A stretch of 45,372 nt of DNA from an uncultured Clostridium sp. (GCA_964596175.1 CAZQTH010000007.1:1-45372); one strand, 5' to 3'; shown: positions 31,669 to 42,716, counted from the first letter of the stretch. A program made the numbers and translations. Notes: a model not told the origin generated them from the sequence alone.

Positions 31669-32865
31669 ATGTATGAAATATTTGCAGATTTACATGTACA
31701 CATAGGAAGAAGTGAAAGTGGAAAGCCAATAAAAATAACAGCAGCAAAGTCACTTAATTTTGCAAATATTGCAAAAGAATGTGAAGAAAAGAAAGGGATA
31801 AATGTAGTTGGAATAATAGATTGTGCATCACCATATGTAATAGAAGATATAGAAAATTTTCTAAAAACAGGTGAAGCGTATGAACTAGAAAATGGTGGAA
31901 TTATATATAAAGATAAGGTATGTATAATCCTGGGAAGTGAAGTGGAAACATCAGAAAAAGGAAGAAATGGAAAATCAGGAGCTGCACACAATTTATGTTA
32001 TTTTCCACATTTAAATGATATAAAAGCTTTTTCTAACGAACTTAGTCATCACTTAAAAAATATAACATTAAGTACGCAAAGAACAGATTTATCAGGATAT
32101 GAATTAATTGATATAGTAGAGAAATATAATGGAATATTGGTTCCAGCACATATATTTACACCATATAAAAGCTATTATGGAAATTGTACAGATAGATTAG
32201 AATATGTATTTAAAGAAAAGTTTGATAAAATATTTGCAGTAGAGTTAGGATTAAGTTCAGATACATTTTTAGCAGATGAAATATCAGAGTTAGAAACAAA
32301 AACATTTTTAACAAATTCAGATGCACATTCTCTTCCAAAAATTGCAAGAGAATATAATAAAATGCAAGTGGAAGACATATCTTTTAAAGAAATAGTGAAA
32401 GCTCTAAAAAATGAAGATGGAAGAAAAGTAATTGCAAATTATGGACTAGATCCAAAACTTGGAAAATATCATAGAACATATTGTGATGATTGTAATAAAT
32501 CAATAGAAACAAAAGAGCCAGTAGATAAATGCCCATATTGTGGTGGAAAAAATGTTACTTTTGGAGTTTTTGATAGAATAGAATTAATAAAAGATAAAGA
32601 AAAAACAGAAAGTCCAGAAAATAGATCACCATATATTTACCAAATACCATTGGGATTCATCCCAGGAGTAGGCGGAAAAACTGTTAAAAAGTTATTAGAT
32701 AATTTTCAAACAGAAATGAATATATTACACAAATTAACAAAAGATGATATAGAAGCGGTTGTAGGAGAAAAAATTGCAAACAATATAGAAAATGCAAGAA
32801 ATGGAAATTGCGTATTATATTCAGGTGGAGGAGGAAACTATGGAAAAGTTTCTGTAAAAAAATAA
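31669..32865 (+). CDS. TIGR00375/YqxK PHP-family protein (endonuclease Q-like)
   Basis: ADLHVH, PAHIFTP, ELGLSSD, NSDAHS, GKYHRT, GGGGNYG; upstream of spoIIM. Confidence 0.88.
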   Translation: MYEIFADLHVHIGRSESGKPIKITAAKSLNFANIAKECEEKKGINVVGIIDCASPYVIEDIENFLKTGEAYELENGGIIYKDKVCIILGSEVETSEKGRNGKSGAAHNLCYFPHLNDIKAFSNELSHHLKNITLSTQRTDLSGYELIDIVEKYNGILVPAHIFTPYKSYYGNCTDRLEYVFKEKFDKIFAVELGLSSDTFLADEISELETKTFLTNSDAHSLPKIAREYNKMQVEDISFKEIVKALKNEDGRKVIANYGLDPKLGKYHRTYCDDCNKSIETKEPVDKCPYCGGKNVTFGVFDRIELIKDKEKTESPENRSPYIYQIPLGFIPGVGGKTVKKLLDNFQTEMNILHKLTKDDIEAVVGEKIANNIENARNGNCVLYSGGGGNYGKVSVKK

Positions 32866-32929
32866 AAATAGAGTTCTAAAAATCTCTTTATTGAATACAC
32901 ATTATGTATAAACGATAAGGAGATTTTTT

Positions 32930-33565
32930 ATGAAAGAAAAAGGATTAAGGATTAAGGAAACTATAAAACAACATATATTAAATAATAAAAAAGAATATAT
33001 AATTGTAACCTTATTATTTATAATAGGGATATTTTTAGGAGTTTTTTTTGTAAACAATTTACAAGAAACACAAAGAATAGAAATACAAGAATATTTAGAT
33101 AATTTCATAGAAAAAATGAAATCAATAGAAAATTTAGATAGTATTAATTTATTAAAAACAAGTATTACTCAAAATATTATACTTACATTACTTATATGGT
33201 TTTTTGGAACGACTGTTATAGGAATACCAATAGTATTTGGAATTGTTATTTACAGAGGATTTTGTTTTGGATATACTGTATCTGTTTGTGTTACTATTAT
33301 GGGAATGTCTAAAGGGTTGATATTTGTATTAATAAATCTATTATTACCAAGTCTATTATTAATACCAGCAATTTTAGCAATAGCAGTAAGTGGATTTAAG
33401 TTATATAAGTCTATTGTAAAAGATAATAGAAAAGAAAATATAAAATTAGAAATAGTAAGACATACTATTTTCTCATTAATAATGTTAATAGTTATGATAG
33501 TGGCATCATTAGTAGAGATATGTATTTCTACTAATATTTTGAAAATGGTTATTAAATATTTTTAA
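32930..33565 (+). CDS. spoIIM: Stage II sporulation protein M
   Basis: Multi-TM protein with IGIP..RGFCFGYTV; yqxK-spoIIM-xerD order. Confidence 0.88.
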   Translation: MKEKGLRIKETIKQHILNNKKEYIIVTLLFIIGIFLGVFFVNNLQETQRIEIQEYLDNFIEKMKSIENLDSINLLKTSITQNIILTLLIWFFGTTVIGIPIVFGIVIYRGFCFGYTVSVCVTIMGMSKGLIFVLINLLLPSLLLIPAILAIAVSGFKLYKSIVKDNRKENIKLEIVRHTIFSLIMLIVMIVASLVEICISTNILKMVIKYF

Positions 33566-33592
33566 AAAAATACAAAAAAATAAAAAAATGTA

Positions 33593-33621
33593 TTTACATT
33601 TTTTAAATTGTTTGATATAAC
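33593..33621 (+). promoter_or_regulatory. sigmaA promoter of xerD
   Basis: TTTACA-17-TATAAC with TG extension; -35 lies in the inverted repeat AAAAAATGTA/TACATTTTTT. Confidence 0.5.
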
Positions 33622-33671
33622 ATATATAGTTTATGTAAATATAATATTTTAGATAGAGGGTAGGTAAAAAA

Positions 33672-34553
33672 ATGGAAAGACAATTAAAGCAATTTTTTGA
33701 ATTCTTAGAAAATGAGAAAAAATTATCAGATAATACATTACAATCGTATAAAAGGGATTTAAAACAATTTAGAAAATTCTTGGAGTCATATAGTCTTCAT
33801 TATAATAAGGTAAGTGAAGATGATATTAATTTATACATAAAAGAATTACAAGAAAGTGGTAGAAAAGCATCTAGTATATCTAGAGCAATTGCATCAATAA
33901 GATCATTTTACCAATATGTATTAAAAAGGAAAAAAGTTAAACAAGATCCAACAGCAAATGTAAAATCACCAAAAATAGAAAAAAGAGTACCAAACGTATT
34001 AACTGCAAAAGAGGTAGAACTACTTCTAGAACAACCAAAAGATGTTGATTTAAAAGGAACTCGTGACAAGGCGATGCTAGAATTTGCTTATGCTACAGGA
34101 ATGAGAGTAACAGAAATTATTTCTTTAAATATTGAAGATGTAAATTTGGAAGAAGGATATGTAACTTGTAAAAATGGAAATAAGCAAAGAACAATACCAC
34201 TTGGAGCAATGTCATTAAATGCATTAAAAGAATATATAGAAGATGCAAGAGATGTATTGATAAAAGATGAAAATGAAAAAGCTTTATTTGTTAATGTTAA
34301 TGGAGGAAGGCTAACAAGACAAGGATTCTGGAAAATTATTAAATATTATAAGGAACAAGCACATATAACAAAAGAAATAACACCACATGTTTTAAGACAT
34401 TCATTTGCAACTCATTTATTACAAAATGGGGCAGACATAAAAGCAATTCAAACAATGCTTGGACATTCAGATATTTCTTCAACACAAATATATATGCAAT
34501 TCCAAGATGGTGGATTAAAAGATGTTTATAAAAAAGCTCATCCAAGAGCTTAA
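33672..34553 (+). CDS. xerD: Site-specific tyrosine recombinase XerD
   Basis: YATGMRVTE, LTRQGFW, TPHVLRHSFATHLL, LGHSDISSTQIY, HPRA. Confidence 0.92.
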   Translation: MERQLKQFFEFLENEKKLSDNTLQSYKRDLKQFRKFLESYSLHYNKVSEDDINLYIKELQESGRKASSISRAIASIRSFYQYVLKRKKVKQDPTANVKSPKIEKRVPNVLTAKEVELLLEQPKDVDLKGTRDKAMLEFAYATGMRVTEIISLNIEDVNLEEGYVTCKNGNKQRTIPLGAMSLNALKEYIEDARDVLIKDENEKALFVNVNGGRLTRQGFWKIIKYYKEQAHITKEITPHVLRHSFATHLLQNGADIKAIQTMLGHSDISSTQIYMQFQDGGLKDVYKKAHPRA

Positions 34554-34575
34554 GAAAGATATTAAGAGTCAATAT

Positions 34576-34621
34576 AAAAAAGAAAGAAAATCAGAAAGAA
34601 CAATGATTTTCTTTCTTTTTT
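34576..34621 (+). terminator. Rho-independent terminator
   Basis: 18-bp inverted repeat AAAAAAGAAAGAAAATCA / TGATTTTCTTTCTTTTTT. Confidence 0.8.
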
Positions 34622-34713
34622 CTTATAATTAAAATATAAAAAAATTTAATGTTACCTTTTTAAAGAAAATGGTAATATATAAATGGATATCTAAAAAAGG
34701 AGCTCTAAGCAAG

Positions 34714-36020
34714 ATGAATAGTAAGAAAATAAGGGAATATATTACTGATGAAAAACTCGATATGACAAATATCATAAAAGATTTTGCAAGATATGTTTTT
34801 ATTATTATAAAAAACAGTAAATATGATTTTAGAAGTGAAGATATAGAAGAAATTGCTTCAGACGTATTTTTGGTAATATGGCAAAATCGTAATAAATTAG
34901 ATATAAATAAAGAAATAAAACCATATATTGCAGGAATAACAAAAAATTAATTATGAAAAAACAAAGAAGTATTACAAATCAAAACTTAGATATTGAAATT
35001 ATAGAAAAAACCATACATGATAATATAGATGTTTATTATGAGACAGAGGAGAGAGAGAAGACATCAATTATTATGGGAGAATTAGAAAAGATGAAAGAGG
35101 AAGATAAAAAAATATTTATAAGTTATTACTATTTTTCAAAGAAGATAAAAGATATATCTAAGGAATTTAATATATCGGAAGTAAAAGTAAAATCAAGATT
35201 GTCAAGGATACGAAAAAAATTAAAAAAAGAATTAGAAAAAAGAGGTTATGATGAAACTGTTGATAGTTATTACATGGTAAAAACAAAATGGGGATATGAA
35301 GAAGGTTTAATGGTTCAACTAAATGCTAATGCAGGGGAATTTATTGCATTTAATGATATGGATTTAAAATATAAACATCTTGATTCACAAATATTAGATG
35401 ATGAAGAAATTAGGAAAATATCCACTGATATTTATAATAAATTGGGTATTGAAAAAAACAAATATATTTTATCAAAGACTACTGCACAAGATTATTATTT
35501 TGAAAGTCAGGCAAATAAACTATTAGGTGCAAACTTCTATAAATATTATGATGGTATAGCAAATAAAAATGAATCACTTAATATATCTTTTATGTATTAT
35601 AATGGAGAAATATACTTAAATTCAGTTTTAATAAATAAAGACGATACTTATCAAAATAATCCAGTAGTAATTACTAAGGAAGAAGCTATAAATATTGCTA
35701 AAAATAAAGAACAAGAGTTAAATCCTTACGAAATTACTAATGTTACAAGCAGTTTATCAATAGAAAAAATGAATGCTTTTATATATCAAATTGAAAATGA
35801 TAAATATGATGTTACAGGTAGTACGGAAGATGAAATATATTATGAAACAGAGGATATAACAAGAAAAGTTTGGAGAATAAAAGTAGAACATAATGTAGAT
35901 GTAAGAAATTATAGTGAAGATTATAATAAATACATAAAAGAGGGAATGAATAAAATTTATTTTGTAGATGCTACAACAGGAGAAATAATAGGAGGAACAT
36001 ATACGTTTTTAGAAGATTGA
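34714..36020 (+). pseudogene. Frameshifted ECF sigma factor fused to a PepSY-like C-terminal fragment
   Basis: Region 2 (EDIEEIASDVFLVIW) stops at 34950; region 4 (KDISKEF..VKSRLSRIRKKL) is in the -1 frame and runs into a domain ending FVDATTGEII. Confidence 0.7.
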
Positions 36021-36295
36021 GAATTAATAAATCGTTAGATGTAGGAAGAAAAGTATTAATAAACAAGATATTTTAAGAAAAAAAAGAAATGGGATAGGAC
36101 ACACATTCTTTTGAGGTATAGACCTCAAGTATGGTAATATTGTTCAAGATATAGCTCATAATAAAGACATGCTGTTAGCTCAACAATTTCTTCTACTTGG
36201 AATTCCTGAGGAGAGTACGATTTCATAAATTTTAGCCAAATGGCGATTATTATGGAGATGAATGGTAGTCTTTACCTAAAATAAGCTTCTTTTAG

Positions 36296-36329
36296 ATAGA
36301 CCAGTAAGTTTTTATGCTTGCTGGTCTAT
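36296..36329. terminator. Stem-loop, probable terminator
   Basis: ATAGACCAGTAAG / CTTGCTGGTCTAT. Confidence 0.6.
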
Positions 36330-36370
36330 AAAAGTATAAATTTTTAAATATGACTTCTTTAAAAATTTAC

Positions 36371-36399
36371 TAGACATAATTGTAAAAAAAAGATATAAT
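36371..36399 (+). promoter_or_regulatory. sigmaA promoter
   Basis: TAGACA-17-TATAAT. Confidence 0.55.
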
Positions 36400-36427
36400 A
36401 GGGGTATTAAAAGAAAAGGTGTAGATT

Positions 36428-36904
36428 ATGAAGAAAAAAATACTATTTATATCAAGTACAGGGGGTCATTTAAGTGAACTAATGCAACTTAGTTCCTTGT
36501 TTGAAAAATATGATTATCATATAATAACAGAAAAAGATGAAGTAAATATTTCTTTAAAAGAAATATATGGAGATAGATTAGACTTTTTACCATATGGGAC
36601 AAGAAGTAAACTATTTAGTTATATATTTAAATATTTTTATCTGTGTTTGAAAACAGTATATTATTATTTTAGACTAAGACCAAAAGTTATTATAACAACA
36701 GGTACACACACAGCAGGACCAATGTGTATTTTAGGTAAAATATTTGGAAGTAAAATAATATATATAGAAACATATGCAAATAAAAATAAAAAAACAGCAA
36801 CAGGAAGGATTATTTATCCTATTGCAGATCTATTTATAGTTCAATGGGAAGAAATGCTAGAGCTTTATCCAAAAGCTGTTTATGGAGGGTCAATTTATAA
36901 ATGA
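36428..36904 (+). CDS. PssD/Cps14F (Alg14-like) glycosyltransferase subunit
   Basis: SSTGGHLSEL, PKVIITTG, IYIET, FIVQWE. Confidence 0.88.
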   Translation: MKKKILFISSTGGHLSELMQLSSLFEKYDYHIITEKDEVNISLKEIYGDRLDFLPYGTRSKLFSYIFKYFYLCLKTVYYYFRLRPKVIITTGTHTAGPMCILGKIFGSKIIYIETYANKNKKTATGRIIYPIADLFIVQWEEMLELYPKAVYGGSIYK

Positions 36905-37383
36905 TTTTAGTAATGTTAGGTACACAAAATAATAGTTTTCATAGATTATTAGAAGAAATAGATAGATTAATTAGTTGTGGTATAATACATGAAAAAGTAA
37001 TAGTACAAGCAGGATATACTAAATATTCATCGAAAAATATGGAAATATTTGGTTTAATACCACAAGAAAAGTTAGAAAAATACCAAGAAGAGGCAGATTT
37101 AATAATAACACATGGTGGAGTGGGCTCAATAATTAGTTCATTAAAATTAGAAAAAAAAGTAATAGCAGTACCAAGACTTCATGAATATGGAGAACACGTA
37201 AATGACCATCAAAAACAAATAGTAGAGTCTTTTGATAAAAAAGGATATATAATAGGAGTTAAAGACATTTCTGAGATAGAAAAGGCTATGGAAAGAGTGG
37301 AGAATTTCAAACCTAATAAATATGAAGTAGGTAACAAAAAAATGATATCAATAATAGAAAATTTTATTGATAGTTTAAAATAA
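36901..37383 (+). CDS. PssE/Cps14G (Alg13-like, GT28 C-terminal) glycosyltransferase subunit
   Basis: MILVMLGTQ, IITHGGVGSI, PRL..GEHVNDHQ. Confidence 0.88.
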   Translation: MILVMLGTQNNSFHRLLEEIDRLISCGIIHEKVIVQAGYTKYSSKNMEIFGLIPQEKLEKYQEEADLIITHGGVGSIISSLKLEKKVIAVPRLHEYGEHVNDHQKQIVESFDKKGYIIGVKDISEIEKAMERVENFKPNKYEVGNKKMISIIENFIDSLK

Positions 37384-37403
37384 AAAGATAAGGAAGTAAT
37401 TGT

Positions 37404-39347
37404 TTGGAAGAGAAAAAAATAATAAAAAAAGAAATAACAATAAATAATAAAAAAATAATAAATAAAGAAAAATTAAAGAATTTATTAAATAAATTTTTAA
37501 ATTCTATAGCATTTCCAATAGTTATAGGAATAATATTGTTGTTAAAGACAATATTATTTTATGATGGAACTATAACAATTAGAGAAGTTATTGATAAAGA
37601 TTTAATTTTTGGAACATCAATGTTTATAATAACTTTTATGTGTATAATATGTATTTTACCAAATAGAGTTAGAACCATATTTACAATCATTTTAGATGTT
37701 TTTATTAGTGTTTTATTATTAGCGGATAATTTGTACTATACATATTCAAGTTCAGTACTTTCAATAGCTCAAATGACAAATATACAATATGGAGAAGAAA
37801 TAATAAACACTATTCCAATGCTTTTAGAATTTAAACATGTATTATATTTTATAGATATTGTTCTTATTGTTATATTATTATTAACGAAGATATTAAAAGT
37901 AGAAAAGAAAAATAAAGCAAATTGGAAGGTAAATGTTTTAAGAGTATTATCAGGAATAGTTGCATTATATTTATTTTGCACAATAGATGCTGAATATGTG
38001 GAAAAAGCAGGAGAAGATCCGTATAATAAAGATGCACAGGTAAAAAAAGGAACTATTTATGGTTATCATGTAGCAGATATTGAAAGTTTAATTAATATAA
38101 AGAAAAAGGCTAAATATGATGATAAAGAGGAAATGCTATCAGATTATGAAGAATTAAAAGAAGAATACGAAGAGGAATATGGAGAAAGTTATTATAATTT
38201 AGAAGGAATAGCAGAAGGAAAAAATGTTATAATAGTACAATTGGAATCATTGCAAGAATTTGTAATAAATAAAACAATAAATGGAAAAGAAATAACACCA
38301 AACATAAATAAATTTATAAATGAAAATATAGAATTTTCAAATATGTTTATGCAAAGTTATTCTAGTACAGCAGACTCAGAATTCTCAACAGTAACATCTT
38401 TGTATCCTATGGAAAATGGTATGTCATATAGTAGATATTATTCAAATACTTATGATGATATATTTACTATGTTTAGTAATAAAGGATATGATACCTCTTA
38501 TATGCATGGAAATTATGGTTATTTCTGGAATAGAGGAAATGTATATAAAGCATTTGGTGTAGACCATTTAGAGCTAAAAGATGAATTTGAGGATACGTCA
38601 GAAGAGATAATGGGATATTTGTCAGATGAATTATTATATAAGCAAGCAGTAGAAAAAATGAAATCATATGATATGCCATTCTTTAGTTATATAGTATCAG
38701 CATCATCACATACAGCATTTACATTGGACGGTTTACAAGATGAAAGCAAAGTAAGTATAGATGTTGGAAAATACAAAGACACGTATTTTGGTAATTATCT
38801 AGAATCAATAAATTATGCAGATTATGCATTTGGAATATTTATAGAAGAATTAAAAAAAGCAGATTTATACGATGATTCAATAATTTTAATATATGGAGAC
38901 CATAATGGGATAGATATGTATAATGATGAAATGTTAGACTTCTTGGAACAAACAAATCCAAATCTTAGTGATGTAGATATTAAACTAAATTATATAAGAG
39001 TAGCATGTGGAATGAAGATACCAGGAGTAAAGAATTTAACTATTGATAAGCCGGTAAATAAATTAGATATAAAACCAACATTTGAATATTTAATAAATGG
39101 AGATGCAGGAATAAGCCTTGGAACTAATATGTTTGCAGAAAAAGACTTTGTATGCTTAAATAATGAAAGAATTGTAACTAGCAAATATTATTATGATGAA
39201 AGATGGTTTAGAATAATTGATGGAACAGAAATTGATTTAGAAGAAATATCAGAAGATGAGAAAGAATTGTTAGATAAATATTATGAATATATGACAAGAG
39301 AACTAGATATATCAACATCAATAAGTATAAATAATTTACTGAAATAA
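37404..39347 (+). CDS. LTA synthase family sulfatase-fold protein
   Basis: N-terminal TM helices, KNVIIVQLES, TADSEF catalytic Thr, YGDH. Confidence 0.9.
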   Translation: MEEKKIIKKEITINNKKIINKEKLKNLLNKFLNSIAFPIVIGIILLLKTILFYDGTITIREVIDKDLIFGTSMFIITFMCIICILPNRVRTIFTIILDVFISVLLLADNLYYTYSSSVLSIAQMTNIQYGEEIINTIPMLLEFKHVLYFIDIVLIVILLLTKILKVEKKNKANWKVNVLRVLSGIVALYLFCTIDAEYVEKAGEDPYNKDAQVKKGTIYGYHVADIESLINIKKKAKYDDKEEMLSDYEELKEEYEEEYGESYYNLEGIAEGKNVIIVQLESLQEFVINKTINGKEITPNINKFINENIEFSNMFMQSYSSTADSEFSTVTSLYPMENGMSYSRYYSNTYDDIFTMFSNKGYDTSYMHGNYGYFWNRGNVYKAFGVDHLELKDEFEDTSEEIMGYLSDELLYKQAVEKMKSYDMPFFSYIVSASSHTAFTLDGLQDESKVSIDVGKYKDTYFGNYLESINYADYAFGIFIEELKKADLYDDSIILIYGDHNGIDMYNDEMLDFLEQTNPNLSDVDIKLNYIRVACGMKIPGVKNLTIDKPVNKLDIKPTFEYLINGDAGISLGTNMFAEKDFVCLNNERIVTSKYYYDERWFRIIDGTEIDLEEISEDEKELLDKYYEYMTRELDISTSISINNLLK

Positions 39348-39402
39348 TTAATGCTGTTTTCTGGGATGGGGCAAAAAACGGCGAAAAGAAAGGAAATAAA
39401 TA

Positions 39403-40407
39403 ATGGAAGAGGAAAGAGTTATAAGTCCAATACTAGAAGGAAGTAATGAAGAAAAACTTGAAAATTCATTGAGACCTAAAACTTTAGATGAATATATTGG
39501 ACAAGATAAAGTGAAAGAAAACATGAAGATATATATAGAATCAGCAAAAAAAAGAAAAGAACCATTAGACCATTGTTTATTATATGGCCCTCCAGGACTT
39601 GGAAAAACTACTTTAGCAAATATAATTGCAAATGAAATGAAGTCAAACTTGAAAGTAACATCAGGACCAGCAATTGAAAAACCAGGAGATTTAGCCGCAA
39701 TACTTACAAATTTATCAGAATTTGATGTTTTGTTTATAGATGAAATACATAGGCTTAGCAAAAGTGTAGAAGAAATTCTTTATCCAGCATTAGAAGATTT
39801 TACATTAGATATAGTAATTGGAAAAGGACCAAGTAGTAGGTCAATTAGATTAGATTTACCTAAATTTACATTAATAGGTGCAACAACAAAAGCAGGTTCA
39901 CTTACAACTCCACTTCGTGATAGATTTGGAATAATACATAGACTAGAATTGTATTCACCTGAAGATTTAGCAACAATAGTAAAAAGGTCAAGTAAGATAT
40001 TAAATATTGAAATTGAAGAAGAAGCGACAATGGAAATTGCAAGAAGGTCGAGAGGAACACCAAGAATTGCAAATAGGCTATTAAAAAGAGTAAGAGATTA
40101 TGCAGTTGTTTTAGGAGATGGACATATTACACTGAAGATTACAAAAATTGCATTAAACAAATTAGAAATAGATGAATTAGGTTTAGATGATATAGATAGA
40201 AAATTATTGGAAACAATGATAGTGCAATATCAGGGAAGAGCAGTTGGTATAGAGGCTTTAGCTGCAACTGTTGGAGAAGAGATAGATACTATAGAAGATG
40301 TTTATGAACCATATTTAATACAAATAGGATTTATTGCAAGAACATTGAGAGGAAGAAGAGTTTTACCACCAGCATATAAACATTTAGGATATGAATATTT
40401 AGGATAA
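39403..40407 (+). CDS. ruvB: Holliday junction branch migration helicase RuvB
   Basis: [42 protein letters not shown]. Confidence 0.97.
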   Translation: MEEERVISPILEGSNEEKLENSLRPKTLDEYIGQDKVKENMKIYIESAKKRKEPLDHCLLYGPPGLGKTTLANIIANEMKSNLKVTSGPAIEKPGDLAAILTNLSEFDVLFIDEIHRLSKSVEEILYPALEDFTLDIVIGKGPSSRSIRLDLPKFTLIGATTKAGSLTTPLRDRFGIIHRLELYSPEDLATIVKRSSKILNIEIEEEATMEIARRSRGTPRIANRLLKRVRDYAVVLGDGHITLKITKIALNKLEIDELGLDDIDRKLLETMIVQYQGRAVGIEALAATVGEEIDTIEDVYEPYLIQIGFIARTLRGRRVLPPAYKHLGYEYLG

Positions 40408-40424
40408 TTTAGGAGAATTAAATA

Positions 40425-40928
40425 ATGTCTAATTTTTATAATAGAGTAAAAGAAATATGTAGTAAATATAAAAAAGTTGCTATGTTCATAGATATGGATG
40501 GAACAATAGTAGAATATAATATATATCCAGATGGATTTATTACAACAGAAAAAAAAGGTTTATTTATAAATTTAAAACCTATAAAAATTGTAATAGATGA
40601 ATTAGAAAAAATTAATAAAATAGAAAACTTAGATTTATATATTTTATCAATGTCTAGAACTAATATAATAGTAGAAGAAAAAAAACAGTGGCTTAAGAAA
40701 AATGCAAGCTTTATAGATGAGAATAACTACATTATTATAAATAAACAAGCAGGAGATTATAATGATGAGACAAGAAACAAAGTAAAATCAGAAAGAATAT
40801 TAGAAAAGATTGGTAAAGAGTATGAACATGGCATTTTTTTAGATGATGACCATAAAGTATTACATGAATCAGTAAAATTATTGAAAGATAAATGTGATGT
40901 TTTTCATGTATCATCAGCAATAGTTTAA
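40425..40928 (+). CDS. HAD-superfamily hydrolase (NT5C-like)
   Basis: FIDMDGT motif I, ILS motif II, FLDDD motif IV. Confidence 0.7.
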   Translation: MSNFYNRVKEICSKYKKVAMFIDMDGTIVEYNIYPDGFITTEKKGLFINLKPIKIVIDELEKINKIENLDLYILSMSRTNIIVEEKKQWLKKNASFIDENNYIIINKQAGDYNDETRNKVKSERILEKIGKEYEHGIFLDDDHKVLHESVKLLKDKCDVFHVSSAIV

Positions 40929-40942
40929 AAAAGGGAGAAAAA

Positions 40943-42652
40943 ATGATTTTAAAAAAAATAAAAGACAATTATAAAACTCTAATTTCGGTTGCATTTATTA
41001 ATTTAATAATATTTGGAGTAACAAATCTCATATTTGATATAAAATATGAACAAGTAGATGATTTTATTATATATAATTTATATTCTGGATTAGATGGAAC
41101 TTATAATATTTATGGTGTGTATATTCATCCTGTTATATGTTTTATATTGAGTTTATTTTTTAGAGCTTTTTCAATGATAAACTGGCATACAATATTTTTA
41201 CTTAGTATGCAATTTATATGTTTTACAATAATAGGAACCTTAATAATTAGAAAGAATAATAGCAAACTTTCATATATATTATATGTATTGTTTGCAAGTG
41301 TATGTTACACATCATTGTTACAATTAATACAATATACATCTGTTGCTGCACTTTTAATATTAACAGCATTTTTTGTAATGATTGATTATATAGATAGAAA
41401 CAAGCAAGGAAAGAAATATATAATTTGTTATATATTATTATTTACAATAGGAATAATGACAAGAATACAATCACTACTAATAATAGCTCCATTTTTTGCT
41501 CTATATTTTATATATAATATTATTTTATTAATAAGAAAAAAAGTAGATAAAGAAAAAATAATAAAAATTATAAAACATTATTTAGTATTTTGTATTATAA
41601 CAATTGTAGTATATGTTTCAAATTATGTGATTTACAATACTAATGATACATATAAAAGTTTTATGGAATACACAAATGCAAGAGTTCTATTACATGATAT
41701 ATCTTATACTTCATATGAAGAAAATAAAGAAATTTTTGATGAAATAGGTTGGACTAAAAATGATTATTATTTGTTCTACACATTTAATTTTGGAGATGAA
41801 AATGTTTTTAGTAAAGAGAATATAGAAAAAATAGCAGAGTATAAAATAGAAAATGATGATATTTATGATTTTGATTTTGATTTAAAAGAAATTGGAAATA
41901 GTTTAATAGATCAAATGAGAGATACTAATCCTTATATTTGTATATTATTTTTAGGGACTTTCTTAGCTGCCATTTATACAAATAGCGAAAAAAGAGGATA
42001 TATAATAGCAGTATTTTTAATATCAATTGCAATAAACGTTTTATTTATAGTATTAAATAGAACTATGCATAGAGTTGTAATACCAGAATTTATTCTAGGA
42101 ATAGTAATGTTCTTATATTTGATAAAATATAAAAATGAGGACAAAGAAAAAATAGATATTATAAAAGCAATATCAATATTTATAATTGTTGTAACAGTAA
42201 TATATTCAGGAGGAATATATGAATTTGATTATAAATTAGAAGATTATAGCAATTATAAAGATTTAATAGAATATACAAATTCACATAAAGAAAATGTATA
42301 TTTATATACTGTTCCAGCATTACAATATAGATATTTAGTGTATTCTGTATATGAAATGCCACCTGAAGGAGCTTTTTCAAACTTAAGAGTAATGGGTGGA
42401 TGGGATATGTATACACAGAATTATTATGATTTTAAAGAAAGATATGATTTAGATGGTACATTTTTAGATTTATTAAAAGACAATGTATATTTAATAGATG
42501 GAGATGTTACATGGTCTGGTAATTACTATCATGATTATATAGATAATATAGTTCTATTTATAAAAGAACATTATGATGTAGATGTAACTTATGAAAAAAT
42601 AGAAACTTTTGATAATATATATATTTATAAATTACAGGAGATAGCAGACTAA
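40943..42652 (+). CDS. Polytopic membrane protein, possible GT-C glycosyltransferase
   Basis: Roughly 11-13 hydrophobic segments, acidic DD after TM1, soluble C-terminus. Confidence 0.5.
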   Translation: MILKKIKDNYKTLISVAFINLIIFGVTNLIFDIKYEQVDDFIIYNLYSGLDGTYNIYGVYIHPVICFILSLFFRAFSMINWHTIFLLSMQFICFTIIGTLIIRKNNSKLSYILYVLFASVCYTSLLQLIQYTSVAALLILTAFFVMIDYIDRNKQGKKYIICYILLFTIGIMTRIQSLLIIAPFFALYFIYNIILLIRKKVDKEKIIKIIKHYLVFCIITIVVYVSNYVIYNTNDTYKSFMEYTNARVLLHDISYTSYEENKEIFDEIGWTKNDYYLFYTFNFGDENVFSKENIEKIAEYKIENDDIYDFDFDLKEIGNSLIDQMRDTNPYICILFLGTFLAAIYTNSEKRGYIIAVFLISIAINVLFIVLNRTMHRVVIPEFILGIVMFLYLIKYKNEDKEKIDIIKAISIFIIVVTVIYSGGIYEFDYKLEDYSNYKDLIEYTNSHKENVYLYTVPALQYRYLVYSVYEMPPEGAFSNLRVMGGWDMYTQNYYDFKERYDLDGTFLDLLKDNVYLIDGDVTWSGNYYHDYIDNIVLFIKEHYDVDVTYEKIETFDNIYIYKLQEIAD

Positions 42653-42668
42653 AAAACTGCTATCTTTT

Positions 42669-42694
42669 TGTAACAAAAGAAAAAATTATACGTC
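42669..42694 (+). promoter_or_regulatory. ECF sigma-type promoter
   Basis: TGTAAC-16-CGTC matches the sigmaX/V/W-like consensus, just after a terminator hairpin. Confidence 0.55.
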
Positions 42695-42716
42695 ATATAT
42701 ACAAGAGGGAGAAAAA

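Noticed and set aside
33672-34553. Tyrosine recombinase as a phage or island integrase
   Set aside because: XerD signatures and the conserved spoIIM-xerD context indicate the housekeeping enzyme.
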